This document shows positions 9,329 through 19,354 of a stretch of DNA of 64,000 nt, piece by piece; within the stretch, counting starts at the first letter, position 1; every line of letters begins with the position of its first letter. The stretch is taken from contig JBEKVV010000005.1 of NCBI GenBank assembly GCA_049513715.1, forward strand, positions 1-64,000, read 5' to 3'. The position numbers were made by a program, and so were the translations under genes. The notes beneath the pieces are model-generated. The model saw nothing but the letters and a program-made list of their open reading frames with translations, was not told where the DNA came from and searched no databases. Origin of the DNA: Candidatus Bathyarchaeia archaeon. GTDB taxonomy: Archaea; Thermoproteota; Bathyarchaeia; 40CM-2-53-6.

Positions 9329-10885
9329 GTGCCGTCCTTTGCGCTGGTGGTTGATAGCCAAAATGTCTCTGGACGAATTGAAGGGCTAACAGCCGCCTTA
9401 GGACCTAGAGCTGGGGGCACTTCTTCGAGCGAACTAGAAAAGAAAGACTTTTCGAGAGGGAGCGCCGCGTTCGATCCTCGGACGCTAACGAATCCAAAGA
9501 CAAAACTAGCCATTGATTATGCGCCGGCAGGCAACGCAGAAGAAACTCTCGAATTCATTTCTCAAATCAAGAGCGTTTTTCCAGAGATGGCATTCGAATC
9601 CGAGTTTCTCCAACAATTAAGGTCAAGTGCCCAAAGTTTCAAGTATGTTCGGAGTCGCGGTTTCCTGAGCTTATGGAGAGAAGGCCTATTCGGTCAAGAC
9701 CTCGAATTCTTTCTGACTGACTCGCAACAGGACGACGATGTTGTCATAGCTGAAGATCACTTGGACACAAGCCGAAAACAAATCGTATTCGTCAGGACTT
9801 GGCAACAGATGTCGGCATTTGTCGAAAAAGTGCTTGAACCTTGGTTGGTGAGCGGGAAGGTCAAGCCTATTCAGGACTTTGGCGAGACCGCTGTTCCATT
9901 CTTTACGGGTCCCACCTCTCATGCATTGTCAGAATCGCGCCAGCGATGGCTGAGTCTTCCAGTTCCATCAATGATTTACTCGCGAGCATGGGCCGAACAG
10001 AAACCGGACTATCCCAACAAGGACTGGGCAATAATCAGTTCGAAGCGGACATATGCCAACCTTCACCACGCCTTCGCGGTTCTGCTGGAAAGATCCCAGG
10101 AACGTATTAGATTCGGTTGCATCTTTTGCCTTCCTGAAAATAGAGGCCGAGTTGTGGATGTTCATGTCGACCCGAACGAGACGAATTACAAATTGATTGT
10201 CCAATGTGAGACAACAGTTCCTCTCAAGCTCAAAGTGTCCTGTCTTCAGGATTCAAATGTCACTGAGGTATACAATGCCGATGCCTCTGCTACTCAGGCG
10301 TTTGCGGTTGACTACGCTCCCACAGAGGTCATAGCCGAACTACTGGGACCGGATTTGGTCGACAGATCTGCATATCACAATAGAGCGGGCGCCATCACAA
10401 CTTCCATTCAACCTAAGCCTCAGGTAGTGGTCGCGACTCAGATAGGTCTTCCAGTGCAGCCGCAGGTACTAGCTGGAGCAGAGACCATGATTGCTGCGTA
10501 CGCTCGATTCTTCATAATGGAGAACACATTGAGGGCGCTGGCTAAAGACAGATTCGTGAAGGCATTCGGTGTTCGGTGGGCGAAGGAATTAGCGCCCGTT
10601 CTAATTGCCGGAAAAACTCCCGGAGAACAGGCTCGAGTAAATCAGGTCTTAGTATCAAATCCTGATCAGATCCTTGAGCAGGTCTACTATCGCGATCTCA
10701 ATAGAATAGTTGACAAGTTCTGGTCCTTGTTCGAACCATTATTCCATGATAAGGATAGAACTCTGCTGAAGTTGAAAGAACTGGAGAATCTGAGGAACGA
10801 CATTGCGCACAACCGCGTCCTTGCTAATCACGACATAAAGCGAATTGAAGTATACTACATGGACTTGCTCAGCAATGTACCATGA
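9329..10885 (+). CDS. large protein with C-terminal Swt1-like HEPN domain
   Basis: YARFFIMENTLR...YYRDL..IV...W..F...LENLRNDIAHNR. Confidence 0.75.
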   Translation: MPSFALVVDSQNVSGRIEGLTAALGPRAGGTSSSELEKKDFSRGSAAFDPRTLTNPKTKLAIDYAPAGNAEETLEFISQIKSVFPEMAFESEFLQQLRSSAQSFKYVRSRGFLSLWREGLFGQDLEFFLTDSQQDDDVVIAEDHLDTSRKQIVFVRTWQQMSAFVEKVLEPWLVSGKVKPIQDFGETAVPFFTGPTSHALSESRQRWLSLPVPSMIYSRAWAEQKPDYPNKDWAIISSKRTYANLHHAFAVLLERSQERIRFGCIFCLPENRGRVVDVHVDPNETNYKLIVQCETTVPLKLKVSCLQDSNVTEVYNADASATQAFAVDYAPTEVIAELLGPDLVDRSAYHNRAGAITTSIQPKPQVVVATQIGLPVQPQVLAGAETMIAAYARFFIMENTLRALAKDRFVKAFGVRWAKELAPVLIAGKTPGEQARVNQVLVSNPDQILEQVYYRDLNRIVDKFWSLFEPLFHDKDRTLLKLKELENLRNDIAHNRVLANHDIKRIEVYYMDLLSNVP

Positions 10886-10894
10886 AAAGGTCAA

Positions 10895-11185
10895 GTGATA
10901 GCAATATTCGGTTCGACAGAATGTGACAGAGAACTGGATGATCCTCTGTTCATTTCTAGCAGATCTTCAGCGGTTGATCTTGCAGAACCTTCACCAAAGT
11001 TAGTGGGACAGGATGACCGTGAACTAAGAGCTAGGATTCTCAGGATGACTCAGTCCGAGGCAAGAGACCTTGGCATCGGGAAGAGCACGCTTCATTACCT
11101 ACGCAAAAGAACGCGCAGTAGGACACAGATGAGGCTTTACTCTAATACACACGGTAAACTACAACTTCTCTGCTCCAAGACATGA
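10895..11185 (+). pseudogene. cas1: C-terminal HTH fragment of a casposon-type (solo) Cas1 / casposase
   Basis: DLAEPSPKLVGQDDRELRARILRMTQSEARDLGIGKSTLHYLRK resembles the C-terminal HTH extension of family-2 casposases; catalytic domain absent. Confidence 0.7.
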
Positions 11186-12252
11186 CAAACCGCAAATTCT
11201 GCGTTTTCTGTGGCGCAGAGCCAAAGACACACAGCCGAGAGCACATAATTCCCCGATGGCTGATTGAGCTTACGGGCGACCCGAAGAGAAAGGCGATTTT
11301 TGGTCCATTTTGGAATACTGCGAAAAGAAAGTTCGAAATGCACACATTCGCTTTTGATCAATTCACGCTCCCTTCATGCGCAGCATGCAACATGGAGTTC
11401 TCGAAGCTTGAGAAATCCACAAAGCAGATTATAGAGTCTATTTTGGAAGTGAAGCCGCTTGACTCTAGAGATTTGCTTGTTCTTCTGTCGTGGCTAGACA
11501 AGGTGAGGGTTGGGTTATGGCTTGCATACTACCATGTTCAAAAGAACGTTTGGCAAATTGTTCCACAGTTTTTTGTCAAGTCACGGATGGACATGTCGGA
11601 TCGAATGGTACTCATCTATAGGTCAGATCTACGAGACCCACGATTACGTGTCGAGGGGCATACGGTCCCTGCATTCCAATACCAACCAACTTGCTTTGTG
11701 CTCAGTGTAAACGAATTCATTCTGTTCAACATCTCTACCAGCTTCTTACTCTCCGAACGAATGGGACTCCCCTATGCCCATCGACTGGCCTACACGAATA
11801 CTCCTCAAATCGAGACAACCCTGGCTAGAGGAAGGAATCGCATCGTGTATCCTTTGGTCAGATTCAAATATGATCATCGTTGCGCCGAGATATTCCAGCC
11901 GATATTCACCTCTTTAGTTGGAGATGCATATTACCAAAACGAACATGTGCAGTCGATTAGCCTTGACCATTCGAAAGGAGTTGGAAGGGTCTTCTACTAT
12001 GATAAGCCATTCGTACAGGAGTACCCCAACTCCAAGTCGATCAGTTGGGTGCCTAAATGGACGTGGAGGGATGACGCTCTGTGGAAAGTTATCCGAAAAC
12101 AGTGGCTAGAAATCCAATTACATCTTTTTGAGTACGGCCCATGCGCGACCAAGATAAGTCTTGACCATGTCGACAAACCAAAGAAACAATTAGTCCAATC
12201 ACAAGTGCAGACATCAAAGAAGATAAGCGGAATGTTCCTCGACTCGATTTGA
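11182..12252 (+). CDS. HNH endonuclease-domain protein
   Basis: FCVFCG...SREHIIPRWL...SCAACN. Confidence 0.75.
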   Translation: MTNRKFCVFCGAEPKTHSREHIIPRWLIELTGDPKRKAIFGPFWNTAKRKFEMHTFAFDQFTLPSCAACNMEFSKLEKSTKQIIESILEVKPLDSRDLLVLLSWLDKVRVGLWLAYYHVQKNVWQIVPQFFVKSRMDMSDRMVLIYRSDLRDPRLRVEGHTVPAFQYQPTCFVLSVNEFILFNISTSFLLSERMGLPYAHRLAYTNTPQIETTLARGRNRIVYPLVRFKYDHRCAEIFQPIFTSLVGDAYYQNEHVQSISLDHSKGVGRVFYYDKPFVQEYPNSKSISWVPKWTWRDDALWKVIRKQWLEIQLHLFEYGPCATKISLDHVDKPKKQLVQSQVQTSKKISGMFLDSI

Positions 12253-12271
12253 GAAATATTCCAAAGAAGGA

Positions 12272-12300
12272 TTTTGTGTTTGTGCGCACTAATAGACCCC
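12272..12300 (+). repeat. junction J6
   Basis: TTTTGTGTTTGTG CGCACTAATAGAC CCC. Confidence 0.7.
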
Positions 12301-12322
12301 AGTATGAAAGAGAGCTATCAAG

Positions 12323-12847
12323 ATGCAAGCTGATTTCGACCGTTTTATGACAGGCCTGGAGATCGCGGGTTCAAGGATTGACGCGCACTATTTCCAAATC
12401 AGAGTTTCCGGAGCAGAGGACCCAATATATCGTGAACGAGTCTATTGCTATGAATTATATCATCAGCTGCGCGTGGCGTTAGGCGACATTTTCGAATACA
12501 AACTCGATGGAGAACTTGACAAGAAGAATCACTCAATTCTAGTGAGATTAGGTGCAAGGAAGCCTGATCTTGTCGTGCACGTCCCCGGTAATATGGATGG
12601 AAACCTCGTCGTGATTGAAGTCAAGAAGGTTGAGACAAGAAAGCAGCTTCTTGAAAACGATCTTTGCAAATTGATGAAGTTCTTGGATGACGGTAATTAC
12701 TTTCGGGGGATTATGCTAGTATATGGTGATGGCTATCAGAAACTGCCGGATTGGATCAGAGACAAAGTCCTTCAGTTACAGGAGTCACGCCTCGCTCTGG
12801 TGTGGCATGCAGGACCTGGAGAAAGCCCCAGGATTATCAATGGTTGA
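12323..12847 (+). CDS. PD-(D/E)XK nuclease-like protein
   Basis: ERVYCYELYHQLR, GELDK, KPDLVVH...VIEVK. Confidence 0.7.
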   Translation: MQADFDRFMTGLEIAGSRIDAHYFQIRVSGAEDPIYRERVYCYELYHQLRVALGDIFEYKLDGELDKKNHSILVRLGARKPDLVVHVPGNMDGNLVVIEVKKVETRKQLLENDLCKLMKFLDDGNYFRGIMLVYGDGYQKLPDWIRDKVLQLQESRLALVWHAGPGESPRIING

Positions 12848-12878
12848 ATTTGAACAGTCGTCGTTTGTCGTCAGAAAA

Positions 12879-12915
12879 GTGTGTGTGGGTATGCTGGTGC
12901 GCACACACACCAAAA
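12879..12915 (-). repeat. junction J7 (inverted; most symmetric copy)
   Basis: reverse complement reads TTTTG GTGTGTGTG CGCACCAGCATACC CACACACAC. Confidence 0.85.
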
Positions 12916-12920
12916 CGTCG

Positions 12921-12966
12921 GTTCAAACTACGTTGCTCGCACCATTAGAACCACACGCACCGAAAA
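12921..12966 (+). repeat. junction J8 (tRNA-3'-mimic type)
   Basis: GTTCAAactacgttGCTCGCACCAttagaacCACACGCACCGAAAA. Confidence 0.8.
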
Positions 12967-13194
12967 CCAATCAAACCCAGACGCCGATGAAGGCGCGGGA
13001 GAATTCCCACGTAATAATTAAGACCGCTATCAACAAGACTCAGGCCATGGCATACTTCACGATTTCAAATCTCGAAAGACGCAACGGATGCAAAATGAAA
13101 ACGTATCAACAATATGCCAGAATGTGGTACAGAAATTGGATTAGGTTATTATGTCCGTGTAGATGGTTGCAGCCCTTGATTTCGGAGGTTTTGT

Positions 13195-14481
13195 ATGATG
13201 TATAACAGTGATTTGCTCGCCAGGCGGGAGCGGGCGCTGGGGAAAGGAGCAACGCTGTTTTACCGCCAACCGCTGCACATCGTACGAGGGGAAGGCGTAT
13301 ATTTGTTCGATGACACCGGCAAACGGTACATCGATATGTACAACAATGTACCATGTGTCGGCCATGCAAACCCCCACGTTGTTGCGGCAATGGTCAAACA
13401 GGCCAGTACGCTGAACGTGCACAGCCGTTATCTTCATGAGTCCATCGTGAGATATGCGGAGCGACTATCAGCTCACCACGATAAATCTTTGACAACCACG
13501 GTCTTCACCTGTACAGGCACAGAGGCCAATGAAGTGGCGATTATGATGGCCCGCTGTGCGACCGGTGGCCGGGGCATTATCTGCACCGATGCGGCCTATC
13601 ATGGCAACAGCGAGGAAGTCAGAAAACTGAAACACACACCCGTCGGCGGCAAGGGTGAGATTCGGAGCATACCGTTTCCGCAGACCTACCGCCCAATCAA
13701 AGAAGGTGTGAGTGAGACAGAATTGACCGACCTTTACCTTGCTGAAGTCCGGCGTGTCATCAGAGAGTTTGCCGAGGATGGCATCCGGTTTGCAGGCATG
13801 CTGGTCTGCTCTATACTGGCGAACGAAGGGTTGCCGAATATCCCGGCGGGTTTCATGCCCCGGGCAGCTGAGATAGTGAGACAGGCGGGCGGTCTGTTCA
13901 TTGCCGACGAAGTGCAAGCCGGTCTCTGCCGGTCCGGTCGCTGGTGGGGCTATGAAGTGACCGGTTTTGTCCCGGATATCGTTTCTATGGGCAAACCGCT
14001 GGGTAACGGACTTCCGCTTGCGGGTGTTATAGCTCGTGAGGAGCTGGTCAATAAGTTCCGGGCTTCCACAGAGTACTTCAATACCTTTGCTTCCAGCCCG
14101 CTTCAGGGTGAGGTAGGAAACGCCGTGCTCGATATCCTGGAGAAGGAAAAACTTTGCGAAAACTCGGCAGATGTGGGCGCCTATCTGCGCGGCCAGCTGT
14201 CGTCCTTCACAGCCCGTTATGATGCGGTTGCCGATGTCCGGGGTCACGGACTGTTCGTAGGCCTGGAGTGGGTCAGCGACCGTGCTGCCAAGACACCGGA
14301 CAGGCGTGGAGCGGAGGAAGCCGCCAACCGTCTCAAGGACAAAGGTTTTCTCGTGCTCAATGCCGGCGTCCTGGGTAACTTTCTGAAGTTACGTCCGCCG
14401 CTGGTCTTTTCCCGGCAACACGCAGATACGTTCGTGGGTGCATTAGGCGAAGTGCTGCAGGATATGTATGGGCACAGTTAA
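13195..14481 (+). CDS. class-III PLP-dependent aminotransferase / phospho-lyase (AGXT2L-like), bacterial type
   Basis: YIDMYNNVPCVGH, GTEANE, YHG, FIADEVQAG, PDIVSMGKPLGNG, FNTF, RGHGLFVGLE, LKLRPPL. Confidence 0.9.
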   Translation: MMYNSDLLARRERALGKGATLFYRQPLHIVRGEGVYLFDDTGKRYIDMYNNVPCVGHANPHVVAAMVKQASTLNVHSRYLHESIVRYAERLSAHHDKSLTTTVFTCTGTEANEVAIMMARCATGGRGIICTDAAYHGNSEEVRKLKHTPVGGKGEIRSIPFPQTYRPIKEGVSETELTDLYLAEVRRVIREFAEDGIRFAGMLVCSILANEGLPNIPAGFMPRAAEIVRQAGGLFIADEVQAGLCRSGRWWGYEVTGFVPDIVSMGKPLGNGLPLAGVIAREELVNKFRASTEYFNTFASSPLQGEVGNAVLDILEKEKLCENSADVGAYLRGQLSSFTARYDAVADVRGHGLFVGLEWVSDRAAKTPDRRGAEEAANRLKDKGFLVLNAGVLGNFLKLRPPLVFSRQHADTFVGALGEVLQDMYGHS

Positions 14482-15457
14482 TATTGATGCTGAGTCGATG
14501 GCCCAACAGGCGCTTGAGGCGTGGGGACTCCGGTCATCCAGGCGCGAGCTGTTTTCTGTCTCGGAGAATATTGTATTTCGTGTCGATACCGGTGACGGCA
14601 AGGCACTGCAGCTATGTCTTCACCGTTCGTGGTATCACAATTTGCAGGAACTCATCTCCGAACGCATGTGGACACGCGCTTTAAGCGACTACGGCATCAG
14701 TACGCCAGTCCCGGTTCCTGCCCTGGACGGTAATGACTACGTTCTGGTTCGCGGCAGTCTGAATGGTGAGGCTCGCTACGCAGGTATGAATCAATGGGTT
14801 GATGGTGAAACAATGCACCATATCATTGCCCGCAGCGAGGATTTCACGGTTTATTTCAGGCGCCTGGGCAAAATGGCTGCGCGGATACACAACCAGGCAT
14901 CGTACTGGGAGCCGCCTGCGGGGTTCAGGCGCCATTCCCTAGACGCTGATGGACTAATGGGGCTATCGCCATGGTGGGGCCCGTTCTGGGCAGCACCGTA
15001 CCTCACCGCAAACGAACGGGTAAGATTCGAGCATCTTCGTGAAAGGGTTCATAACCGGCTGTTGTGGCTGGACACGGGCCCGGATACTTACAGCATGATT
15101 CATGCGGACCTGTGCCCGGGAAACCTGATAATCAACGGCGAACATCTGCATATCATTGATTTTGACGATGCCGGGTTCGGTTGGCACATGTATGAGCTGG
15201 CGGCAGGACTGTATAATTACCAGGATCATCCACGTTTTTCCGAAATGGTGAGCGCCGTGTTCGAAGGTTATCGAGAGGTCAGGCAGCTCGATGCAGAATC
15301 GGCTGCGCTGCTGAACCTGTTTTTACTGGTTAGGGCACTGGCAATCGTCGGCTGGCGTGCCGCCCGGCCGGAGCTGTCAAAACCACCAGAGTGGAGCCGC
15401 GGCCCCAAATGGACGGTCAATAAGGCCCTTTCCCTCTCCGCCGAGCTGGGTCTTTAA
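14468..15457 (+). CDS. APH / type II homoserine kinase-like phosphotransferase
   Basis: SENIVFRV, IHADLCPGN, IIDFDD; overlaps the aminotransferase. Confidence 0.88.
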   Translation: MGTVNIDAESMAQQALEAWGLRSSRRELFSVSENIVFRVDTGDGKALQLCLHRSWYHNLQELISERMWTRALSDYGISTPVPVPALDGNDYVLVRGSLNGEARYAGMNQWVDGETMHHIIARSEDFTVYFRRLGKMAARIHNQASYWEPPAGFRRHSLDADGLMGLSPWWGPFWAAPYLTANERVRFEHLRERVHNRLLWLDTGPDTYSMIHADLCPGNLIINGEHLHIIDFDDAGFGWHMYELAAGLYNYQDHPRFSEMVSAVFEGYREVRQLDAESAALLNLFLLVRALAIVGWRAARPELSKPPEWSRGPKWTVNKALSLSAELGL

Positions 15458-15465
15458 CCTTCACT

Positions 15466-15798
15466 GTGACAGGCTCAAAGACTTCCACTGTCTGGACGAC
15501 AGTCACGCAAATCGTGGGCGGGGTTTCCACAAGCGTGGTCTATACAACCAGCACTAGCACTGTAACCGTCACCAATGCTTCGACCACGATGTCAACAACT
15601 ACGACTCCATCTACGACCAAGTCAACAACCACTCCTGTAACCACATCAACGCCCCATTGCAGGGAATATGCACCGCCCCTGTTCCCTAGTTTCACATCAA
15701 TCGTCGCTTCCTCGGGCTTGCTAGGAGTCGCCGTAACCATTGGGAGGAGAGCCATTCCAATAATCGACGCTCATAAGCAAAGAGATCCCGTTTTTTGA
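15466..15798 (+). pseudogene. Thr-rich cell-surface protein fragment
   Basis: T/S low-complexity stalk plus hydrophobic end, no clear N-terminus. Confidence 0.35.
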
Positions 15799-16350
15799 TG
15801 GGTTTTCGTTCGTTGACGAATAATGGCCCGAGAGGGAGAGAGATTTGCACGGGGGAAGATGGCGGACATTGCAATATGACCAAGACCCCCGAAATCACTA
15901 GCACCACTAGCACCTCGGACGCAGTCCTCTAGAAAAGTGGGGACGAAAGGTCAGGGAGAACGAAAGTATCGTACGCACAGCTATCGCAATTCACGCAGAT
16001 ATCGCACAGGGGTTTTCTCTGTGGTAATCTCGCATAGTGGAACCCATCTCACTTTGCGCTCCGTGAGTCGCTTAAGGTCGGCTGATGTGGAATTTTCTCC
16101 CCTCTAGGAATATCCACAGGCCGTTCCCGTTGTTGGTTCTCTGAATCCTATCCGCGTACGCCCACGGCATCACAAAATGCGTGCATTTCGTCGTTTCCTT
16201 TTCAGCGTTCGACTCGTCCTTCTGCGCTGAAAGATGACGCGGTGAAGTTTTCGGGTTAGTCTGCGGTCAGGCGTTTCTTGGGACCGAATTTCGTAACCGT
16301 TAGGGCGTACTTTCCACTTCTCCAGGTAGAGGAGGTTCCAATCATTCTTT

Positions 16351-17133
16351 GTGTCGTCGATGATTCGTCGGAGGTCCAATGCTTCCCTCCGGAAATCTGA
16401 GCCGAGAGCGGATTGGATCATGTTCAGCAGCAAGTCGGGTAGCTTCATTTTCGGAGTTCAGATTCCCGCTCGGATAGTAGGATTAGTGGGGTTCTCTGCG
16501 GCCGTCTACAATTCAAGTTGGATACAGAATGATCGCATCTGGTTGTCCTCAGAGCTCACAGTCAACGAGTTCTACAGTACGCAAGACGATGTCACGCTGG
16601 TCTGGCTTCAACCTAATCTTAACTCGACTAGTTACGAGATCATGGAAATCGGGTTCTATTTCTTGTGGAAAAACAGTGTTGGTCAGCTGGACTTCTCGGA
16701 ATACAGCCTTATCCTTCCTGTTAGTAGCGTTCCTGAATATTCAATCTACTACTTTCCGCCGAGTCCGTTCGCCACTACCCAGGAAATTCTAATAAAATCG
16801 ATCCTTACTTCATACAACATCAATTCGCTTATCGTTTGGGTATCTTTGCCCCCGTCAGGTGTGGTAACAAGCGCCTTTCCAGAACCTGACGCGTTCATTC
16901 CTCAGTCTTCTAGGTTATTGCTTGTCTGGAATCAAACCCGAATATCCGAATCAAAACCGCTGCAAACTTCGATCAGTGTGACGTTCAGGATGCCCACTCA
17001 AGCGTTGCAGCGCGACGAATCGGTCTTCTGGGCAGGTATAATCTTGGGTGTTGGGGCTGCATTGGCCGTTGAGAGTTTGGAGTTGTTTGCACGACCTCGC
17101 GTCAGGAGCAAGAATCGGAAACAGGTGGCCTGA
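16351..17133 (+). CDS. hypothetical membrane-anchored protein
   Basis: beta-rich body, C-terminal TM and basic tail. Confidence 0.5.
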   Translation: MSSMIRRRSNASLRKSEPRADWIMFSSKSGSFIFGVQIPARIVGLVGFSAAVYNSSWIQNDRIWLSSELTVNEFYSTQDDVTLVWLQPNLNSTSYEIMEIGFYFLWKNSVGQLDFSEYSLILPVSSVPEYSIYYFPPSPFATTQEILIKSILTSYNINSLIVWVSLPPSGVVTSAFPEPDAFIPQSSRLLLVWNQTRISESKPLQTSISVTFRMPTQALQRDESVFWAGIILGVGAALAVESLELFARPRVRSKNRKQVA

Positions 17134-17377
17134 TGGTCTTGAGCCACCACCAAGATTCGCCACGTAGAAAAACGCAAACAAAGACCTAACGCAAAGGCGT
17201 GAAACAGATGGAGTGTTCAATGTGCCGGGCAATGAAATTTCCAGTTCTAGTCAGGATATTGTGGAATGCATGATAGCGGAGTCATAGCGTTGACTTCCGA
17301 GCGTTTGGATAATCGTAATCCGTCCGTTTTCTCCTTTCAAACATATTCCAGGTCAGATAAGTCAGGGCATGCCTGGG

Positions 17378-17611
17378 TTAGGTGGATTGAGGGGGCTTGC
17401 TTACCGCATTTTCTTGGTCTTTGGTTAGCTCATCGTATTGTTGCGGGTGTTTTTCCTTCCAGTGGTCTTCCATGAGTTTGAGTATTTCGTGTACGGCTCG
17501 ATGGTTCGTCCATCTTCTGTTTTTGCATTGTTTGCAGACCCATTCGTTCTTGTCTGATTCGTAGTCAGCCATTTCCGTGAAATAGGGTTTGTTGGTCACT
17601 TTTCCTTTCAA
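17378..17611 (-). CDS. small C2H2-like zinc-finger hypothetical protein
   Basis: WVCKQC...HWKEKH. Confidence 0.35.
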   Translation of the reverse strand: MKGKVTNKPYFTEMADYESDKNEWVCKQCKNRRWTNHRAVHEILKLMEDHWKEKHPQQYDELTKDQENAVSKPPQST

Positions 17612-17878
17612 GGTTTCTCATTCAGACTCTTCTTGGGTTGATCTTCGGATTTCTTGGTTACTCGTGATTGGTTTTGAACGTGCTCAGCTGGGTTTTCAGC
17701 GAGTTCTGCTTCAACAATCCAGAATCTAGGGCTCTTTGGGTTTTTCAGGTCTAAGAGCATCTGTAATGCGACCACTCTTTGCCTTGGATTGCACTTTCTT
17801 TTTCACGTCAAAGCAGACTACTTGACTGCACTTTCAATTTATGTAATTCCATAGCGCAAACCATGCCAGTGAGAAAGA

Positions 17879-18532
17879 GTGAGCGAATCGTATAATAACT
17901 TCAACAAAATGGCAACCTCAATACTTCAGGAGAATGACAAGTTCTGCAAGTCAAACGACGTTGCGCAAGAGACTGTTATTGAAATTCTGAAGCTCATGAA
18001 GGATGCCATCAATTCCGTTCAGTGGAATGCAGACCTCTTTCCAAAGTTTGCTTTCGTAAACTGTCTGCGCTCTGTTCTAGTCCCAATGTCAAACGCGATC
18101 TATTACAACTTCATGGGAGGCAACCTTCCAGCGTGCTTCGTACAGTTGCGTATTTTGCTGGAGCAACTGGTGAAATGCTTCCTCTCCGACAAAGATTACC
18201 GTGACATCTCACGCTTCCAAGAGAAATTGAGGAGAGTCGAAGATCAAAAGCTCCACTTAACTGAAGCCGTCATTGCCGTCGAACCAAACGCCGAGTCCTT
18301 GTGGAGAAATCTCTCGAACGATTGGGTTCATATGAAGTATTTAGAAAGGCATGTGAGAGTTCTCCTGGAGAGGGGCGACGTGCTAGGATTCAACGTCGTA
18401 GTCCCGATCGATTTCAGTGAAACTGAGCTACCTGAAATACAGGAACTGGGCGAATCTATAAGCCAATTCAGAGCGATCCTAGCAGAAACGGTAGGAAAAT
18501 GGAAAACTGAAGTTTTCAGGAGTCACCAGTGA
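17879..18532 (+). CDS. hypothetical helical protein (possibly HEPN-like)
   Basis: LRILLE and LWRNLSNDWVH motifs; 1 nt from the next gene. Confidence 0.5.
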   Translation: MSESYNNFNKMATSILQENDKFCKSNDVAQETVIEILKLMKDAINSVQWNADLFPKFAFVNCLRSVLVPMSNAIYYNFMGGNLPACFVQLRILLEQLVKCFLSDKDYRDISRFQEKLRRVEDQKLHLTEAVIAVEPNAESLWRNLSNDWVHMKYLERHVRVLLERGDVLGFNVVVPIDFSETELPEIQELGESISQFRAILAETVGKWKTEVFRSHQ

Positions 18533-18533
18533 C

Positions 18534-19253
18534 ATGTCAGAATCAGTTTACGTGCAACCCTTAGCTGTCGAACCAGCCAATCCTACGACACTTGAAGAAC
18601 TTCAAGAAACATACCAGATGAAGCGTGCATTGATTCAGCAGAGAATTGAAGAGCTAAGAAAAGGATGGGAGAAAAGTGATAATGGTATTTTCGCGGAACT
18701 CTGTTACGGCATTCTACTGGCGAGAGAAGATGCTGCTAAAACTCTCCCCTTGGTTGCTGAGTTGGAGAGTAGTAGGCTGTTATTTGACGGTTCAAGCGAC
18801 CAAATTCAAGAATACCTCAGACAGCACCACTATGCCCTTAGAAACAGGTCTAAATACATCGTAGATTGGCGCGGCCGACTCACTGATCAAGGATCGCTAA
18901 GAATCAAGAACATTCTCGAAAACAAATTCAGAACATCGAAGGGTTGGCGCATCTATGCTGCCAGAGAATACTTGGTTTCGCAACATTCTGGAGTTGGTTG
19001 GAAAGTGGCAAGTCAATTCCTAAGAAACATCGGAATCGGATTAGATTGCGGACTGGCACTTCTGGACAGACATATCCAGAAGGAGTTGAGGAAGTTTAAC
19101 TACACCCCGCGAATCTACAAGCAAGCCTTGTGGAAGTCCAAATATCTTCAATACGAGCAGAAAATGCAAGCAATGGCGGAGAACAGCGCAATTCCAATCG
19201 ACGACCTAGACCTTTTGATTTGGTCAAACAGAACTGGTCTGATAATCAAGTAG
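18534..19253 (+). CDS. ogg: N-glycosylase/DNA lyase (OGG2-type 8-oxoguanine glycosylase)
   Basis: FAELCYGIL, HhH GVGWKVASQFLRNIG, LDRHI, C-terminal TGLIIK. Confidence 0.8.
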   Translation: MSESVYVQPLAVEPANPTTLEELQETYQMKRALIQQRIEELRKGWEKSDNGIFAELCYGILLAREDAAKTLPLVAELESSRLLFDGSSDQIQEYLRQHHYALRNRSKYIVDWRGRLTDQGSLRIKNILENKFRTSKGWRIYAAREYLVSQHSGVGWKVASQFLRNIGIGLDCGLALLDRHIQKELRKFNYTPRIYKQALWKSKYLQYEQKMQAMAENSAIPIDDLDLLIWSNRTGLIIK

Positions 19254-19354
19254 GCTTGCGCTACGACTCAGTATCTTGTAGCTGACTTTTCTACCTCCTC
19301 ACTAAAACGAAGCTAAATAGCTCCTCCATTTAGACTTGTCAAGCTTGCAAGCCC

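Noticed and set aside
5103..12966. Classical CRISPR array
   Set aside because: Repeats are degenerate and spaced from about 10 bp to 3 kb apart; no cas operon is present.
5103..12966. Canonical integron attC sites
   Set aside because: No consistent RYYYAAC...GTTRRRY boxes, cassettes occur in both orientations, and no intI is in the window.
13468..14247. 259-aa antisense ORF and many similar shadow ORFs
   Set aside because: Fully overlap confident genes on the other strand or frame and have no motifs.
15895..15915. GCACCACTAG matching the J1 core
   Set aside because: Explained by Thr/Ser codon repeats; no arms.
15960..16120. TATCGCA repeats and a GTGGA..TCCAC hairpin as iterons
   Set aside because: Only 2-3 short irregular copies; not distinguishable from chance.
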